Assembly (NCBI GenBank): GCA_964597855.1
Contig: CAZQZO010000007.1
Coordinates: 3,094 to 67,093 of the forward strand
DNA from: an uncultured Halobacteriales archaeon
GTDB lineage: Archaea; Halobacteriota; Halobacteria; Halobacteriales; Hikarchaeaceae
Direction of reading: 5' to 3'
DNA length: 64,000 nucleotides
How positions within the stretch are numbered: the stretch's first letter is position 1; every line of letters begins with the position of its first letter. The position numbers were made by a program, and so were the translations under genes. Shown here one piece after another: positions 20,261 through 30,159 of the stretch. Under the pieces are notes generated by a model. The model was not told the origin of the DNA and did not search any database. It saw nothing but the letters and a program-made list of their open reading frames with translations.

Positions 20261-21190
20261 ATGTCTGGTAATCTCAAACTAACAGATCTTCCAGGTGTCG
20301 GCCCTTCAAAAGCCCAAGCACTCGAAGAAGCAGGATTCGATACTATCGAGGCACTACAAGCCGCAGGAGTAACCGATCTCGCTGCAGTTCCAGGAATCAG
20401 TGAAAATCTCGCCGAGAAAATAAAGGAAGCAGTTCAAACATTGGAACAAGAAACCCCCTCTGCAGATCCGCCCTCTGAACCAGTTCCTACTGATTCAAAC
20501 GACGATTTCCTAAGTATAAGTGGAATCACTCCTGCCCGTGCAGATTCTCTCCGTGCAGCTGGATTTAAGACCATAGACGATATCACAAACGCGAGCCAAG
20601 ATGAGCTCTCTTCGATTGAAGGAATAAGCACTGCTTTAGCAGCTAGAATAAAAGCCAGCATAGGTGATATAGATCTTGAAGAAAAAGTAACTCCCCCCAC
20701 GACGCCACCCGTTGAAGACACTCCCGATCCCACCGCAGTTGAACTTCGCCCCCGTGGACATGTTGGAAAACTTCCTGAACTAGGCCCCAAAGACAAACGA
20801 TTATTGGCCCAAAAACAACGCGAAGGAAAACCAACTTTCAATCGCCAAGACGGCCATATGAAAAAAAGACTCACTAAGAATAAACACAAGTCAGTTTGGA
20901 GAAGACCTCGCGGAACGCATTCCAAACAACGACGAAGAAGAGGGGGACACGGAGAGGTTGTTCGAGCTGGGTATCGGACTCCCGTTTCTGTTCGCGGTCT
21001 CCATGCTAGTGGATTTAAAGAGGTTCACGTCCACCGGCCTGAAGATTTATCCGATATCGACCCGGCCATTGAAGCCATCCGTATTGCGGCATCTGTTGGC
21101 AACCGAAAACGAGAACGAATCGAAGATATCGCAGAGGAAAATGGAATCCGCGTCCTTAACCCCTCTTACGAAGAGGTGAGTCTACAATGA
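20261..21190 (+). CDS. rpl32e: 50S ribosomal protein eL32 with two N-terminal helix-hairpin-helix modules
   Basis: HhH modules at about aa 4-55 and 83-131; eL32 core (WRRPRG..SK, GYRTP, RGLHASG, VLN) in the last ~130 aa. Confidence 0.96.
   Translation: MSGNLKLTDLPGVGPSKAQALEEAGFDTIEALQAAGVTDLAAVPGISENLAEKIKEAVQTLEQETPSADPPSEPVPTDSNDDFLSISGITPARADSLRAAGFKTIDDITNASQDELSSIEGISTALAARIKASIGDIDLEEKVTPPTTPPVEDTPDPTAVELRPRGHVGKLPELGPKDKRLLAQKQREGKPTFNRQDGHMKKRLTKNKHKSVWRRPRGTHSKQRRRRGGHGEVVRAGYRTPVSVRGLHASGFKEVHVHRPEDLSDIDPAIEAIRIAASVGNRKRERIEDIAEENGIRVLNPSYEEVSLQ
20270..20421 (+). repeat. 152-bp perfect direct repeat, copy 2 (first HhH module in rpl32e)
   Basis: Identical to 16154-16305; flanks differ immediately (ACC vs GGT before; C vs A after). 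Confidence 0.97.
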
Positions 21191-21636
21191 CAAACCTCAG
21201 TACGCAACGGAGATTGGCATCTGAAGTTCTCAAAGTCGGAAAAAGTAGAGTGTGGCTTGATCCCGAATCCGAAGAACAAATTTCTGAAGCCATAACCCGA
21301 GAGGATATACGCAATTTAATTGATCAAAAAGTGATCAAAACGACCCCTGCAAAAGGAAACTCCCGTGGACGTGCACGAGAACAAAATCAAAAAAGAGCAT
21401 ACGGTCATAGATCTGGCCATGGATCCCGAAAAGGTAGGGCTGGAGCCAGACAAAACCGAAAGAAAAAATGGATGTCTAATATTCGAGCCCAACGAAAGCT
21501 CCTCCGGGAACTAAGAGAAAATGGAACTATCGACCCAACACAATATCGAATAGTCTATCGAAAAGCAACCGGTGGGGAATTCAGAAGTTCCCAACATTTA
21601 GCATCTTATGTGGAAAATAATTATGGAGGAAACTAA
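21187..21636 (+). CDS. rpl19e: 50S ribosomal protein eL19
   Basis: QRRLASEVLKVGKSRVWLDP, G.GSRKG..GAR. Confidence 0.97.
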   Translation: MTNLSTQRRLASEVLKVGKSRVWLDPESEEQISEAITREDIRNLIDQKVIKTTPAKGNSRGRAREQNQKRAYGHRSGHGSRKGRAGARQNRKKKWMSNIRAQRKLLRELRENGTIDPTQYRIVYRKATGGEFRSSQHLASYVENNYGGN

Positions 21637-22190
21637 TGGCTAAAGGCCCCCGCTACAATGTCCCAATGCGCCGAAGGAGAGAAGGCATAACCAATTATCA
21701 CCAACGATTACCGTTGTTGAAATCTGGCACTTCTCGAATGGTCGTACGGGTTAGTAATAAATATATCTCAGTACAGTTAATCAATCTCGGACCTATCGGA
21801 GACGAAACAGTAGTTTCTGTAAGTTCAAAAGACCTTTTGAGTTATGGTTGGAACGCACCTATAAATAACCTCCCTTCCTCATATCTGACAGGTTTCCTTT
21901 TGGGTAAAAAAGCACTCTCCATTGGAATAAAAGAAGCAGTCTTGGATATTGGTTTGCACTCTGGTACTAAAGGCTCAAAAACATTTGCAGCACATAAAGG
22001 TGCAATCGACGCTGGACTTGACAGCCCTCACAGCGAGGTAGCATTTGGTTCTTGGGAACGGATTCGAGGAGAACATATAGCAGAATTTGCAGAAAAAACT
22101 AACAATAAAATTTCTAACGATTTCGATCTAACAACGTTGCCAACCCATTTCGATGAAATCCTTGAAAGCCTTAAGGAGGCATCCCTATGA
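21636..22190 (+). CDS. rpl18: 50S ribosomal protein uL18
   Basis: [24 protein letters not shown]. Confidence 0.97.
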   Translation: MAKGPRYNVPMRRRREGITNYHQRLPLLKSGTSRMVVRVSNKYISVQLINLGPIGDETVVSVSSKDLLSYGWNAPINNLPSSYLTGFLLGKKALSIGIKEAVLDIGLHSGTKGSKTFAAHKGAIDAGLDSPHSEVAFGSWERIRGEHIAEFAEKTNNKISNDFDLTTLPTHFDEILESLKEASL

Positions 22191-22837
22191 CTGATCCAGT
22201 AGAAAACACCTGGGAACCTGTCACAAGGCTTGGGCACATGGTACTAAATGAAGAAATAACTTCAATGGAAGATGCACTCAACTCTGGACTCCCCTTGAAA
22301 GAACCTGAAATAGTCGATCACTTATTACCTGGAATCGAAGACCGAGTTCTCGATATCAATATGGTTCAAAGAATGACCGATTCTGGTAGGCGTGTTAAAT
22401 TCAGGTGTTGCGTTGCAATCGGTGATAAAACTGAATTCATAGGTTATGCAGAAAGCCGAGAAACCCAAGTTGGAGCAGCAATTCAGAAAGCAGTTGCAGC
22501 CGCAAAACTCAATATTATTCAAGTTCCTCACGGTTCTGGATCTTGGGAAAGTAGATCTGCAGATCCTCATTCTCTCGCCATGAAGACTAAAGGAAAATCT
22601 GGCAGCGTTATTGTTGAATTATTCCCTGCTCCTGCTGGACTAGGCCTGGCCGCGGCGCCTACCGTTAAAACCATCTTGGAACTCGCTGGCATCCAAGACG
22701 CTTGGACTAAATCCTACGGTAAAACTAGAACGACAATGAACTTGGCCAAAGCCACTTTCAATGCATTAGACAATGCATCTCAATTCCGCAGCGCTAATAA
22801 TCAACGAGCAACATCTTCCAGACAGGAGGCAAATTAA
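22187..22837 (+). CDS. rps5: 30S ribosomal protein uS5
   Basis: [26 protein letters not shown]. Confidence 0.97.
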   Translation: MTDPVENTWEPVTRLGHMVLNEEITSMEDALNSGLPLKEPEIVDHLLPGIEDRVLDINMVQRMTDSGRRVKFRCCVAIGDKTEFIGYAESRETQVGAAIQKAVAAAKLNIIQVPHGSGSWESRSADPHSLAMKTKGKSGSVIVELFPAPAGLGLAAAPTVKTILELAGIQDAWTKSYGKTRTTMNLAKATFNALDNASQFRSANNQRATSSRQEAN

Positions 22838-23301
22838 TGAAAGCCATTGTACAATTACGCGGTGAGGTCAACATAACTTCTCAAACCCGAGATACTCTTA
22901 AAATGCTAAACTTACACCACGTGAACCATTGCGCGTTAATCCCTGAGACCGATACTTATCGTGGCATGATCACCAAAGTACATGATTACGTAGCTTATGG
23001 GGAACCAAGCCTTTCAATCTTGGAGAAGATAATTTCTCGCCGTGCAGAACCACTCAAAGGAGCTGCAACTATAGACGATGCTTGGATTTCTAACAACACA
23101 GAATATGATTCCATAGCCCATCTAACACAAGCTCTTATTTCAGAGGAAACCACACTCCGATCCCAAGGACTTTCCCCCGTACTAAGACTACATCCGCCTC
23201 GCGGAGGTCACCGGGGTATCAAACACCCCACCAAAGAAGGTGGGCAACTTGGAAAACATACCACCGAGGAGATTGATCAACTCCTTAACTCGATGCGATA
23301 A
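22837..23301 (+). CDS. rpl30: 50S ribosomal protein uL30 (long archaeal form)
   Basis: DTLKMLNL, LRLHPPRGG. Confidence 0.97.
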   Translation: MKAIVQLRGEVNITSQTRDTLKMLNLHHVNHCALIPETDTYRGMITKVHDYVAYGEPSLSILEKIISRRAEPLKGAATIDDAWISNNTEYDSIAHLTQALISEETTLRSQGLSPVLRLHPPRGGHRGIKHPTKEGGQLGKHTTEEIDQLLNSMR

Positions 23302-23304
23302 CTC

Positions 23305-23772
23305 ATGACTACTATCAAAAAAAGAAGACAAAGAGGCTCTCGAACCCATGGCGGCGGAACTCACAAAAATCGCCGCGGTGCTGGCAATCGCGGAGGCCGC
23401 GGAAACGCAGGGCGGAATAAACATCATATCCATTTGCACCCCCCTCTAGGAAAGCATGGATTCACTCGTCCAACTAGCACTGAGAAGGGACGCGAAATAT
23501 TTCCTATTAATATCCAGGAATTGGATGAAAAAATCACATCTCTTGTAGATGCAGGAATTGCAGAAAAAACTAAGGAAGGGTTCCGACTAAGTGCTCGAGA
23601 TATGTTTGATAATATTTGTGAATCTGATTCAGTAAAAATTCTTTCTTCAGGCCAAATCAATCATGCCTTTGAGATAACGGCCGACGCCTTTTCACAAAAA
23701 GCTGTGACTCAGATCGAATCTGCTGGGGGAACTGTAATCTACACCGGAAATTCACACACTGAAGAGGAATAA
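23305..23772 (+). CDS. rpl15: 50S ribosomal protein uL15
   Basis: RGSRTHGGG...RGAG.RGGRG.AG, GKHGF. Confidence 0.97.
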   Translation: MTTIKKRRQRGSRTHGGGTHKNRRGAGNRGGRGNAGRNKHHIHLHPPLGKHGFTRPTSTEKGREIFPINIQELDEKITSLVDAGIAEKTKEGFRLSARDMFDNICESDSVKILSSGQINHAFEITADAFSQKAVTQIESAGGTVIYTGNSHTEEE

Positions 23773-23777
23773 CCTTT

Positions 23778-25235
23778 ATGACCTGGAAAGAATCTATAGC
23801 GCCTCTTCTTTCCCGCATTCCCGTAGTTAGGCGTCCGACCAAACATGTCCCCTTCCGGCAAAAAATGCTTTGGACATTGTTAGTCCTAGTGGTTTACTTC
23901 TATTTGACTAATGTCACTCTTTATGGTCTAGGTGGAAATGCCCAAGATATATTTGGACAATTCCGATCCATTCTCGCCGGTGAACAAGGCTCTATACTTC
24001 AACTTGGAATCGGGCCCATCGTCACTGCAAGTATAGTTTTGCAGTTGCTAGCTGGTGCAGATCTTTTAGGTCTGGACACTTCAAATCCCGCCGACCAGGT
24101 TATATATCAAGGACTTCAGAAGTTTTTGGTTATTTTGATGGTCATTCTAACTGGGTTCCCTATGGTATTTGCTGGTGGATTTCTACCCGCTGATCCCTTT
24201 GTAAGTACTCAGTTAGGCGTCAGTCTCAATGCAGTCCGCTGGATAATATTTGCTCAGATTTTCGCAGGTGGAATTTTCATACTCTATATGGATGAAGTTG
24301 TTTCAAAATGGGGTATCGGTTCTGGGGTGGGGCTGTTTATTGTAGCAAGCGTCAGTCAACATCTAGTTGGGGGGATCTTCACACTCGGATCTGATACTCA
24401 ACCTAGTGGACTCATCCCAACTTGGATTGGAATGGCATTAGGAAATATCCAGGTTTCTCCTTTCTTCTCTGGTGGTTTTCAAGAATTAATATTTGGCCAG
24501 GGTCAAATTCTAGCTCTTATTACTACCCTTATCATTTTCGGACTTGTTGTTTATTGTGAGTCTGTCCGAGTCGAAATACCACTGAGCCACTCTAAAGTCA
24601 GAGGTGCAAAAGGCCGTTTCCCTGTAAAGTTGATTTATGCAAGTGTCTTGCCCATGATTCTTGTCCGGGCTGTACAAGCAAATATTCAGTTTTTAGGTAG
24701 AATTCTAGATTCTCAAATGAACAATATGCCTTCTTGGCTCGGTGTTTATTCTTCAAATGAACCTGTCGGCGGATTTTTCTACTATTTGAATCCCATTATG
24801 ACGCCCGGTGATTGGATGTGGTGGTTAGGACAAACCGCAGCAGAGCCCTGGCAAATTCTATTACGCGTTTCAGCTGATCTCTTCATCATGGTGATTGGGG
24901 GTGCAATTTTCGCCATTTTCTGGGTAGAAACCACTAATATGGGCCCCGCGTCAACTGCCCAACAAATTCAACGATCTGGGATGCAAATCCCTGGATTCCG
25001 AAGAAACCCCGCGGTACTGGAAAAAGTCATGCAAAGATACATCCCACTCGTTACTGTAGTCGGAGGCGCACTTGTGGGATTCTTAGCTGTAGGTGCAAAT
25101 ATGTTAGGGACCATCGGAGCAGTCGGAGGAACTGGGCTACTCCTCACCGTTTCTATTGTATATAAGCTATATGAAGAAATAGCGGAAGAACAACTTATGG
25201 AGATGCACCCCATGATGCGTCAAATGTTTGGTTAA
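23778..25235 (+). CDS. secY: Preprotein translocase SecY
   Basis: LGIGPIVTASI, WGIGSG, FPVKLIYAS, IPGFRR, GTGLLLTV. Confidence 0.98.
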   Translation: MTWKESIAPLLSRIPVVRRPTKHVPFRQKMLWTLLVLVVYFYLTNVTLYGLGGNAQDIFGQFRSILAGEQGSILQLGIGPIVTASIVLQLLAGADLLGLDTSNPADQVIYQGLQKFLVILMVILTGFPMVFAGGFLPADPFVSTQLGVSLNAVRWIIFAQIFAGGIFILYMDEVVSKWGIGSGVGLFIVASVSQHLVGGIFTLGSDTQPSGLIPTWIGMALGNIQVSPFFSGGFQELIFGQGQILALITTLIIFGLVVYCESVRVEIPLSHSKVRGAKGRFPVKLIYASVLPMILVRAVQANIQFLGRILDSQMNNMPSWLGVYSSNEPVGGFFYYLNPIMTPGDWMWWLGQTAAEPWQILLRVSADLFIMVIGGAIFAIFWVETTNMGPASTAQQIQRSGMQIPGFRRNPAVLEKVMQRYIPLVTVVGGALVGFLAVGANMLGTIGAVGGTGLLLTVSIVYKLYEEIAEEQLMEMHPMMRQMFG

Positions 25236-25310
25236 TTTTATTCGCTTTCTATCTCCTCAAACCCCATCTCTTCCCGAAACGGTAATGCTACTTAGTTTTG
25301 TATATACAGT

Positions 25311-26267
25311 GTGCATAGAATATCTCTATCAAACACAGAATTTGAAGGAAAAAACAATGCCTATTTATTAGACGATGGGAATGAAACCATTCTCATAGAT
25401 ACTGGTCTATTTTCACCACAAATCCATATGGAATTCCAACAAGAACTATCTAAATATGGCTATTCTATTTCAGACATTGATACCATTCTACTCACTCATT
25501 GGCACGCAGATCACGTTGGCTTGGCAGGGACGATCCAGGAAGAAAGCGGAGCAAAGGTCTACTGTCATGTAAAAGATTCTCCTCTAGTGGAAAAAGATCC
25601 CTCTGCCCTTGCTGAGCTGCTCCACATAGTCGAAAAAAGATTTATAGAGTGGCATGTTCCTCCTGCCAAACTCGACCCCCTCCTCGATGTGCTCAAACTT
25701 GGTCATAAATTAGGGGGGCCACCACCTCGAACAACTGATTTTGATTCCGGTGATCAAATTGAATGTGAAAATTATACTTTTTCAATACTCCATGTCCCTG
25801 GCCATACACTGGGACTTTCCTGTTTTTTACTAAACGAAACCAATATCGCATTTGTAGGAGACGCTGTCCTCCCAGTTTATACTCCGAACATTGGGGGCGC
25901 AGACCTCCGAGTCACTTCTTCACTTTCTCAATTCCGTGATGGTCTTTTGCAGCTTCAAAATCATAATTTAGATATATTCTATCCTGGACATCGACATAAA
26001 ATACTGGCACCAAATCCCCGAATTGATGAGATTCTCCAACACCACCGAAACCGACTCGACCAAATCGTTTCTCTGCTAACCAATCCTACTGATATCTGGA
26101 ACCTTAGTACTCGAATATTCGGCCAACTCGATGGAATTCATGCACTATATGGATCTGGTGAAATATTCGCCCATCTTGAATATTTAGAGTCTATGGATCT
26201 CGTAACTTCATCCGATGGATTGTATTCTCTAACTGCTCCTTCTGTAGATATATCTACTATTTTTTAG
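25311..26267 (+). CDS. Metallo-beta-lactamase-fold hydrolase
   Basis: THWHADH, PGHT, GD, PGH metal motifs. Confidence 0.9.
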   Translation: MHRISLSNTEFEGKNNAYLLDDGNETILIDTGLFSPQIHMEFQQELSKYGYSISDIDTILLTHWHADHVGLAGTIQEESGAKVYCHVKDSPLVEKDPSALAELLHIVEKRFIEWHVPPAKLDPLLDVLKLGHKLGGPPPRTTDFDSGDQIECENYTFSILHVPGHTLGLSCFLLNETNIAFVGDAVLPVYTPNIGGADLRVTSSLSQFRDGLLQLQNHNLDIFYPGHRHKILAPNPRIDEILQHHRNRLDQIVSLLTNPTDIWNLSTRIFGQLDGIHALYGSGEIFAHLEYLESMDLVTSSDGLYSLTAPSVDISTIF

Positions 26268-26667
26268 TTACAGAGCTTCCTCTAATTTCAATCAAATATC
26301 CGTCCGGATCCCTCACTAGAAACATAGATTCACCCCATGGGACTTCCCTTGGTTCTGTTATTAATTTCCCATCCGAATTTTTAATAGCATCTTTTATTCT
26401 TTTATATATTTGACCGATTTCATCTTCAATTGTCACAATATAAACTGAACCGTCCCCCCTGTTCCCATTTCCTGGGGGGTCCAAATTAAATGCCTTCAAA
26501 GCCGTGGGATCAAAATCTACTTGCAGTTTCAATTCACAACTACCTGTTTCGTACGCACAAGTCCCTTTTCCCTTATTTTTCGGTGACAATCCCATCACCC
26601 TCTCATAAAAGTCTCTTGAATTTTCTAGATCACTCACCATCAAATATACTTGGATCAGTTCGGACAT
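26257..26667 (-). CDS. VOC/glyoxalase-family protein
   Basis: VSDLENSRDFY..VMG, PWG, RDPDGYLIE. Confidence 0.88.
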   Translation of the reverse strand: MSELIQVYLMVSDLENSRDFYERVMGLSPKNKGKGTCAYETGSCELKLQVDFDPTALKAFNLDPPGNGNRGDGSVYIVTIEDEIGQIYKRIKDAIKNSDGKLITEPREVPWGESMFLVRDPDGYLIEIRGSSVTKK

Positions 26668-26673
26668 GATTAA

Positions 26674-27138
26674 CTAATCTCTCCTCTCTTTTCTAGAAAA
26701 GAAAATTTCCTTTCCCTCTTGTGATTGGATATTTTCTTTGATCATACTCGAAGATTGCAATCCTTCTCTCTCATAGTTTCCCACCCTAACTACATCGATA
26801 TCTGGAAACCCCGCATCTCTAAGCTGATCTTTTAATGAACCCATGTCAAATTCCTGGTCATGCCCTAAAGTTATAATATTTGGTTTTATCTTCTTTACAC
26901 TATCAAATAAGCTCCCTTCTGATCCTAAAATTGCAGAACTTACCATCTCCATCGATTCTATAACTTCTCTCCTCTCGTTTTCTCCCATGAAGATATTCTT
27001 CCTCTGTTTTATACGCGAATCTCTAGCAATAACCACGTGTAGTTCATCCCCCAACTTAGCACTTTCAGACAAATAATAAATATGTCCCGGATGCAGTACG
27101 TCAAACACACCTTGAGCCATCACTCTTCTCATATCCAC
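26674..27138 (-). CDS. ribL: Archaeal FAD synthase (cytidyltransferase family)
   Basis: GVFDVLHPGH HxGH motif, LG.DQ, SSS.IK. Confidence 0.85.
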   Translation of the reverse strand: MDMRRVMAQGVFDVLHPGHIYYLSESAKLGDELHVVIARDSRIKQRKNIFMGENERREVIESMEMVSSAILGSEGSLFDSVKKIKPNIITLGHDQEFDMGSLKDQLRDAGFPDIDVVRVGNYEREGLQSSSMIKENIQSQEGKEIFFSRKERRD

Positions 27139-27182
27139 TTATAAGGATTGTATGGGGATCAGCATAGCCATTCGTATATTTC

Positions 27183-28151
27183 TCAAGTGATTTCAGCTCC
27201 CCTATTCCTAGGAGCTGCTATAATTATCTCCCCCTTCATTCCAAACCCGTCTAATAACTCCCGGACGACCCCTTCTACATCTTTTCTATATTCCTCACTT
27301 GTCACGCAGTATAATGAAGGTCCCCACGACGATTGTCCCACTCCGAAAATATTGCTACTACTCTTTAATTTTCCCACCACATCGCCAATTGGAGGTCGAT
27401 ATACTCCTCCTTGGTATTTTTCATACCAGATTCCATTAAGACGGTTTATTTCCCCAACTGCAAACCCAAACTCGGCACAGTTTTCATTTCGAATAGCAGG
27501 AATCAAAATTTTATCTATTACCCGATCTATCTCCTTCGTGACATCCGATATAGCTTCCCTAATAACAAAATTTATTAACTTTTTCTCCTCGTTTCCACTA
27601 TACCCCTCTCCAATCTCCAATTTTACAATCACAAAAATCCATTCTTCTGGGATTTTAAGATTAGTTTTAACATTTGGTACTTCCCACTCCGCTTCTCTCC
27701 CCTCACCCGGAAATACCAACGAACTGACTTCTTGCCCTCTGTCAATATTAAACCCCCCTTGCTCAAAAGCTGCCACTCCCACTCCGCTTCTCTCCCCCCG
27801 ACCTAGTTTTGGAGCGCACTCTCGATTTTTCGGTTCTATCCCATATGCCTCTGCAATAGCTGTATACACAGCAAGTGCCAATTGAGTCCCACTTCCCAAC
27901 CCCATATGGGCGGGTATTTTTTCCTTTATTTCAACTTTTGCCCCTCCTACTCCCAATATTTCCACAGCCTTCTGGACATACACTTTAGCACTTTCATCAT
28001 CGCATATGATTCCTTTTTCTGGTTCTGCGGTCAGAACTACTTTCGGGTCTTCGAGACACACTCCTATCCCCCCGTATACGTGTGATTCTTCTAAACACAG
28101 GTTACGAAACCCAAAATGCAGTCGACTACCCGCAACTACCCGAACGGCCAT
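27183..28151 (-). CDS. mptG: Beta-ribofuranosylaminobenzene 5'-phosphate synthase family (GHMP fold)
   Basis: SRLHFGF, HMGLGSGTQL, RGERSGVG..AF..GGF, GQSSWGP. Confidence 0.82.
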   Translation of the reverse strand: MAVRVVAGSRLHFGFRNLCLEESHVYGGIGVCLEDPKVVLTAEPEKGIICDDESAKVYVQKAVEILGVGGAKVEIKEKIPAHMGLGSGTQLALAVYTAIAEAYGIEPKNRECAPKLGRGERSGVGVAAFEQGGFNIDRGQEVSSLVFPGEGREAEWEVPNVKTNLKIPEEWIFVIVKLEIGEGYSGNEEKKLINFVIREAISDVTKEIDRVIDKILIPAIRNENCAEFGFAVGEINRLNGIWYEKYQGGVYRPPIGDVVGKLKSSSNIFGVGQSSWGPSLYCVTSEEYRKDVEGVVRELLDGFGMKGEIIIAAPRNRGAEIT

Positions 28152-28202
28152 ATCTTATCCTCACAACTATCAGGTAAAGGCGTTTCTGCACGATCACGCA
28201 TC

Positions 28203-28209
28203 TTTTAAG
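28203..28209 (+). promoter_or_regulatory. Probable TATA box of ilvD
   Basis: TTTTAAG begins 30 nt upstream of the ATG at 28233. Confidence 0.45.
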
Positions 28210-28232
28210 ACTCTTCGAAACAACTTTCTACC

Positions 28233-29960
28233 ATGATTCGGCCCGGAAAAACCATTGACACTAAAGACGATTCTCTTCCAAGTGCAGATATAACCAAAGG
28301 CCCTGAACGAGCCCCACACCGTTCCATGTTCCGTGCAATGGGGTATGATGATTCCGATCTTTCTTCTCCCATGATCGGAATTGCAAACCCCGCTGCTGAT
28401 ATCACTCCTTGTAATGTGCACCTAGATGAAATCGCTAGAGAGGCAATCGAAGGAATAAAAGAATCTCAATGCATGCCAATCGAATTTGGAACTATAACTG
28501 TTTCAGATGGCATCTCTATGGGAACTGAAGGTATGAAGGCGTCTCTCATTTCTCGTGAAGTCATAGCAGATTCAGTAGAACTAGTTGCTTTCGGCGAACG
28601 ACTAGATGCGCTTGTCACAATAGCTGGCTGTGATAAGAATCTCCCCGGAATGATGATGGCTTCTATTAGAACTGATTTACCTTCAGTATTCGTCTATGGG
28701 GGGACGATACTTCCTGGAAAATATCACGGCGCGGATGTCACCATTCAAGATGTTTTTGAGGGCGTTGGAGCATATGCAGAAGGTGATATTTCCCGAGAGC
28801 AACTAGATGCTTTAGAACATGCAGCTTGTCCCGGAGCTGGTTCTTGTGCTGGAATGTACACTGCCAACACTATGGCCTCTCTGAGCGAGGCGTTAGGCCT
28901 AGCCCCTCTTGGGTCTTCCACTGCCCCTGCAGTCACCGCCGAACGAAGAATAATTGCTAGACAAGCAGGAAAATTAGCTGCCTCTTGCGTTAAAAACCAA
29001 TTACGACCCTCTCATATTCTTTCAAAAAAATCATTTGAAAATGCCATCTCTTTACTAGTTGCAATTGGCGGTTCCACAAACGCAGTATTACATTTACTGG
29101 CCCTCTCTGCAGAAGCAAAAATTCCACTAACCCTCTCTGAATTTGATAATATAAGTAGAAATACACCTCATATATGCAATCTTCGACCCGGGGGGACATT
29201 TGTCATGGCAGATCTCCACCAACAAGGCGGAATTCCTGTCATCGTACGTAGATTAATTGAGGGTGGTCTTTTCGATGGAGATGCAAAAACTGTAACTGGA
29301 AACACAATCTCAGAAGAACTTAGTTCTCTAACGTTGCCCCCCGACGAAGAAATAAATAATCAAGTTATTAGGCCCCTCTCCGACCCCTTACATAAACAAG
29401 GCTCTCTCGCTATTCTCAAAGGCAACCTAGCCCCTGATGGTGCAGTACTAAAGATCACAGGAGATGAAGAATTACAATTTAAGGGTCCTGCACGAGTCTT
29501 TGAATGCGAAGAAGACGCAATGAAGTGGGTCCAAGAAGGAAATATTTCTTCAGGAGATGTTCTTGTAATTAGAAATGAAGGACCTCAAGGAGGCCCTGGA
29601 ATGCGCGAGATGCTCGGCGTTACTGCAGCTGTTGTAGGCCAAGGGCACGAAAGCGATGTGGCATTGATCACAGATGGAAGATTTTCTGGAGCAACCCGAG
29701 GCCCAATGGTTGGACATGTTGCACCCGAAGCATTTTCGGGAGGTCCTATCGCTTCCATATCTGACGGAGATATTATAACTTTAGATATCCCCAATCGAAT
29801 TTTATCCGTCGATCTTTCCGAAAACGAACTACAACAACGAATGAAAAATTGGTCTAGACCTCCTCCAAACTACTCTTCCGGTGTCCTAGCAAAATATGGT
29901 CAAAGTTTCGGATCCGCGGCTTACGGGGCAACTACCAATCCCGCTCTAAATAAACCTTAA
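28233..29960 (+). CDS. ilvD: Dihydroxy-acid dehydratase
   Basis: TPCN, SDG, SRE.IADS, GCDKNLPG, CAGMYTANTM, GGSTN, EGPQGGPGMREM, TDGRFSG. Confidence 0.97.
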   Translation: MIRPGKTIDTKDDSLPSADITKGPERAPHRSMFRAMGYDDSDLSSPMIGIANPAADITPCNVHLDEIAREAIEGIKESQCMPIEFGTITVSDGISMGTEGMKASLISREVIADSVELVAFGERLDALVTIAGCDKNLPGMMMASIRTDLPSVFVYGGTILPGKYHGADVTIQDVFEGVGAYAEGDISREQLDALEHAACPGAGSCAGMYTANTMASLSEALGLAPLGSSTAPAVTAERRIIARQAGKLAASCVKNQLRPSHILSKKSFENAISLLVAIGGSTNAVLHLLALSAEAKIPLTLSEFDNISRNTPHICNLRPGGTFVMADLHQQGGIPVIVRRLIEGGLFDGDAKTVTGNTISEELSSLTLPPDEEINNQVIRPLSDPLHKQGSLAILKGNLAPDGAVLKITGDEELQFKGPARVFECEEDAMKWVQEGNISSGDVLVIRNEGPQGGPGMREMLGVTAAVVGQGHESDVALITDGRFSGATRGPMVGHVAPEAFSGGPIASISDGDIITLDIPNRILSVDLSENELQQRMKNWSRPPPNYSSGVLAKYGQSFGSAAYGATTNPALNKP

Positions 29961-29970
29961 GCCAATCTCT

Positions 29971-30159
29971 CTACTCTGTAGAATATTTTTCTGTTACTAG
30001 TGGTATGATGGATCCTATTACCAATGCCAAACCCACAACCATTAGTATTACTACCACGTTTCTCTCGACTTCCAAAATATTCCCCATTTCTAGAATATTC
30101 CCTAGTATGAACAACGACACTCCCGACGCAAACATTTTTTGCAGACGTTTTGTTTCCAT
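29971..30159 (-). CDS. Small hypothetical 2-TM membrane protein
   Basis: 62-aa ORF with two hydrophobic segments filling the gap after ilvD. Confidence 0.55.
   Translation of the reverse strand: METKRLQKMFASGVSLFILGNILEMGNILEVERNVVVILMVVGLALVIGSIIPLVTEKYSTE

Noticed and set aside
16154-20421. The 152-bp repeats read as ends of a transposon or prophage
   Set aside because: The enclosed DNA is all essential r-protein genes; there is no transposase, integrase, terminal inverted repeat or target-site duplication.
20434-20925. 163-aa minus-strand ORF opposite rpl32e
   Set aside because: Same antisense artefact over the Pro/Glu-rich linkers.
27148-27885. 245-aa plus-strand ORF opposite mptG
   Set aside because: Ser/Pro/Phe-rich shadow of a G/A-rich gene; no independent coding signal.
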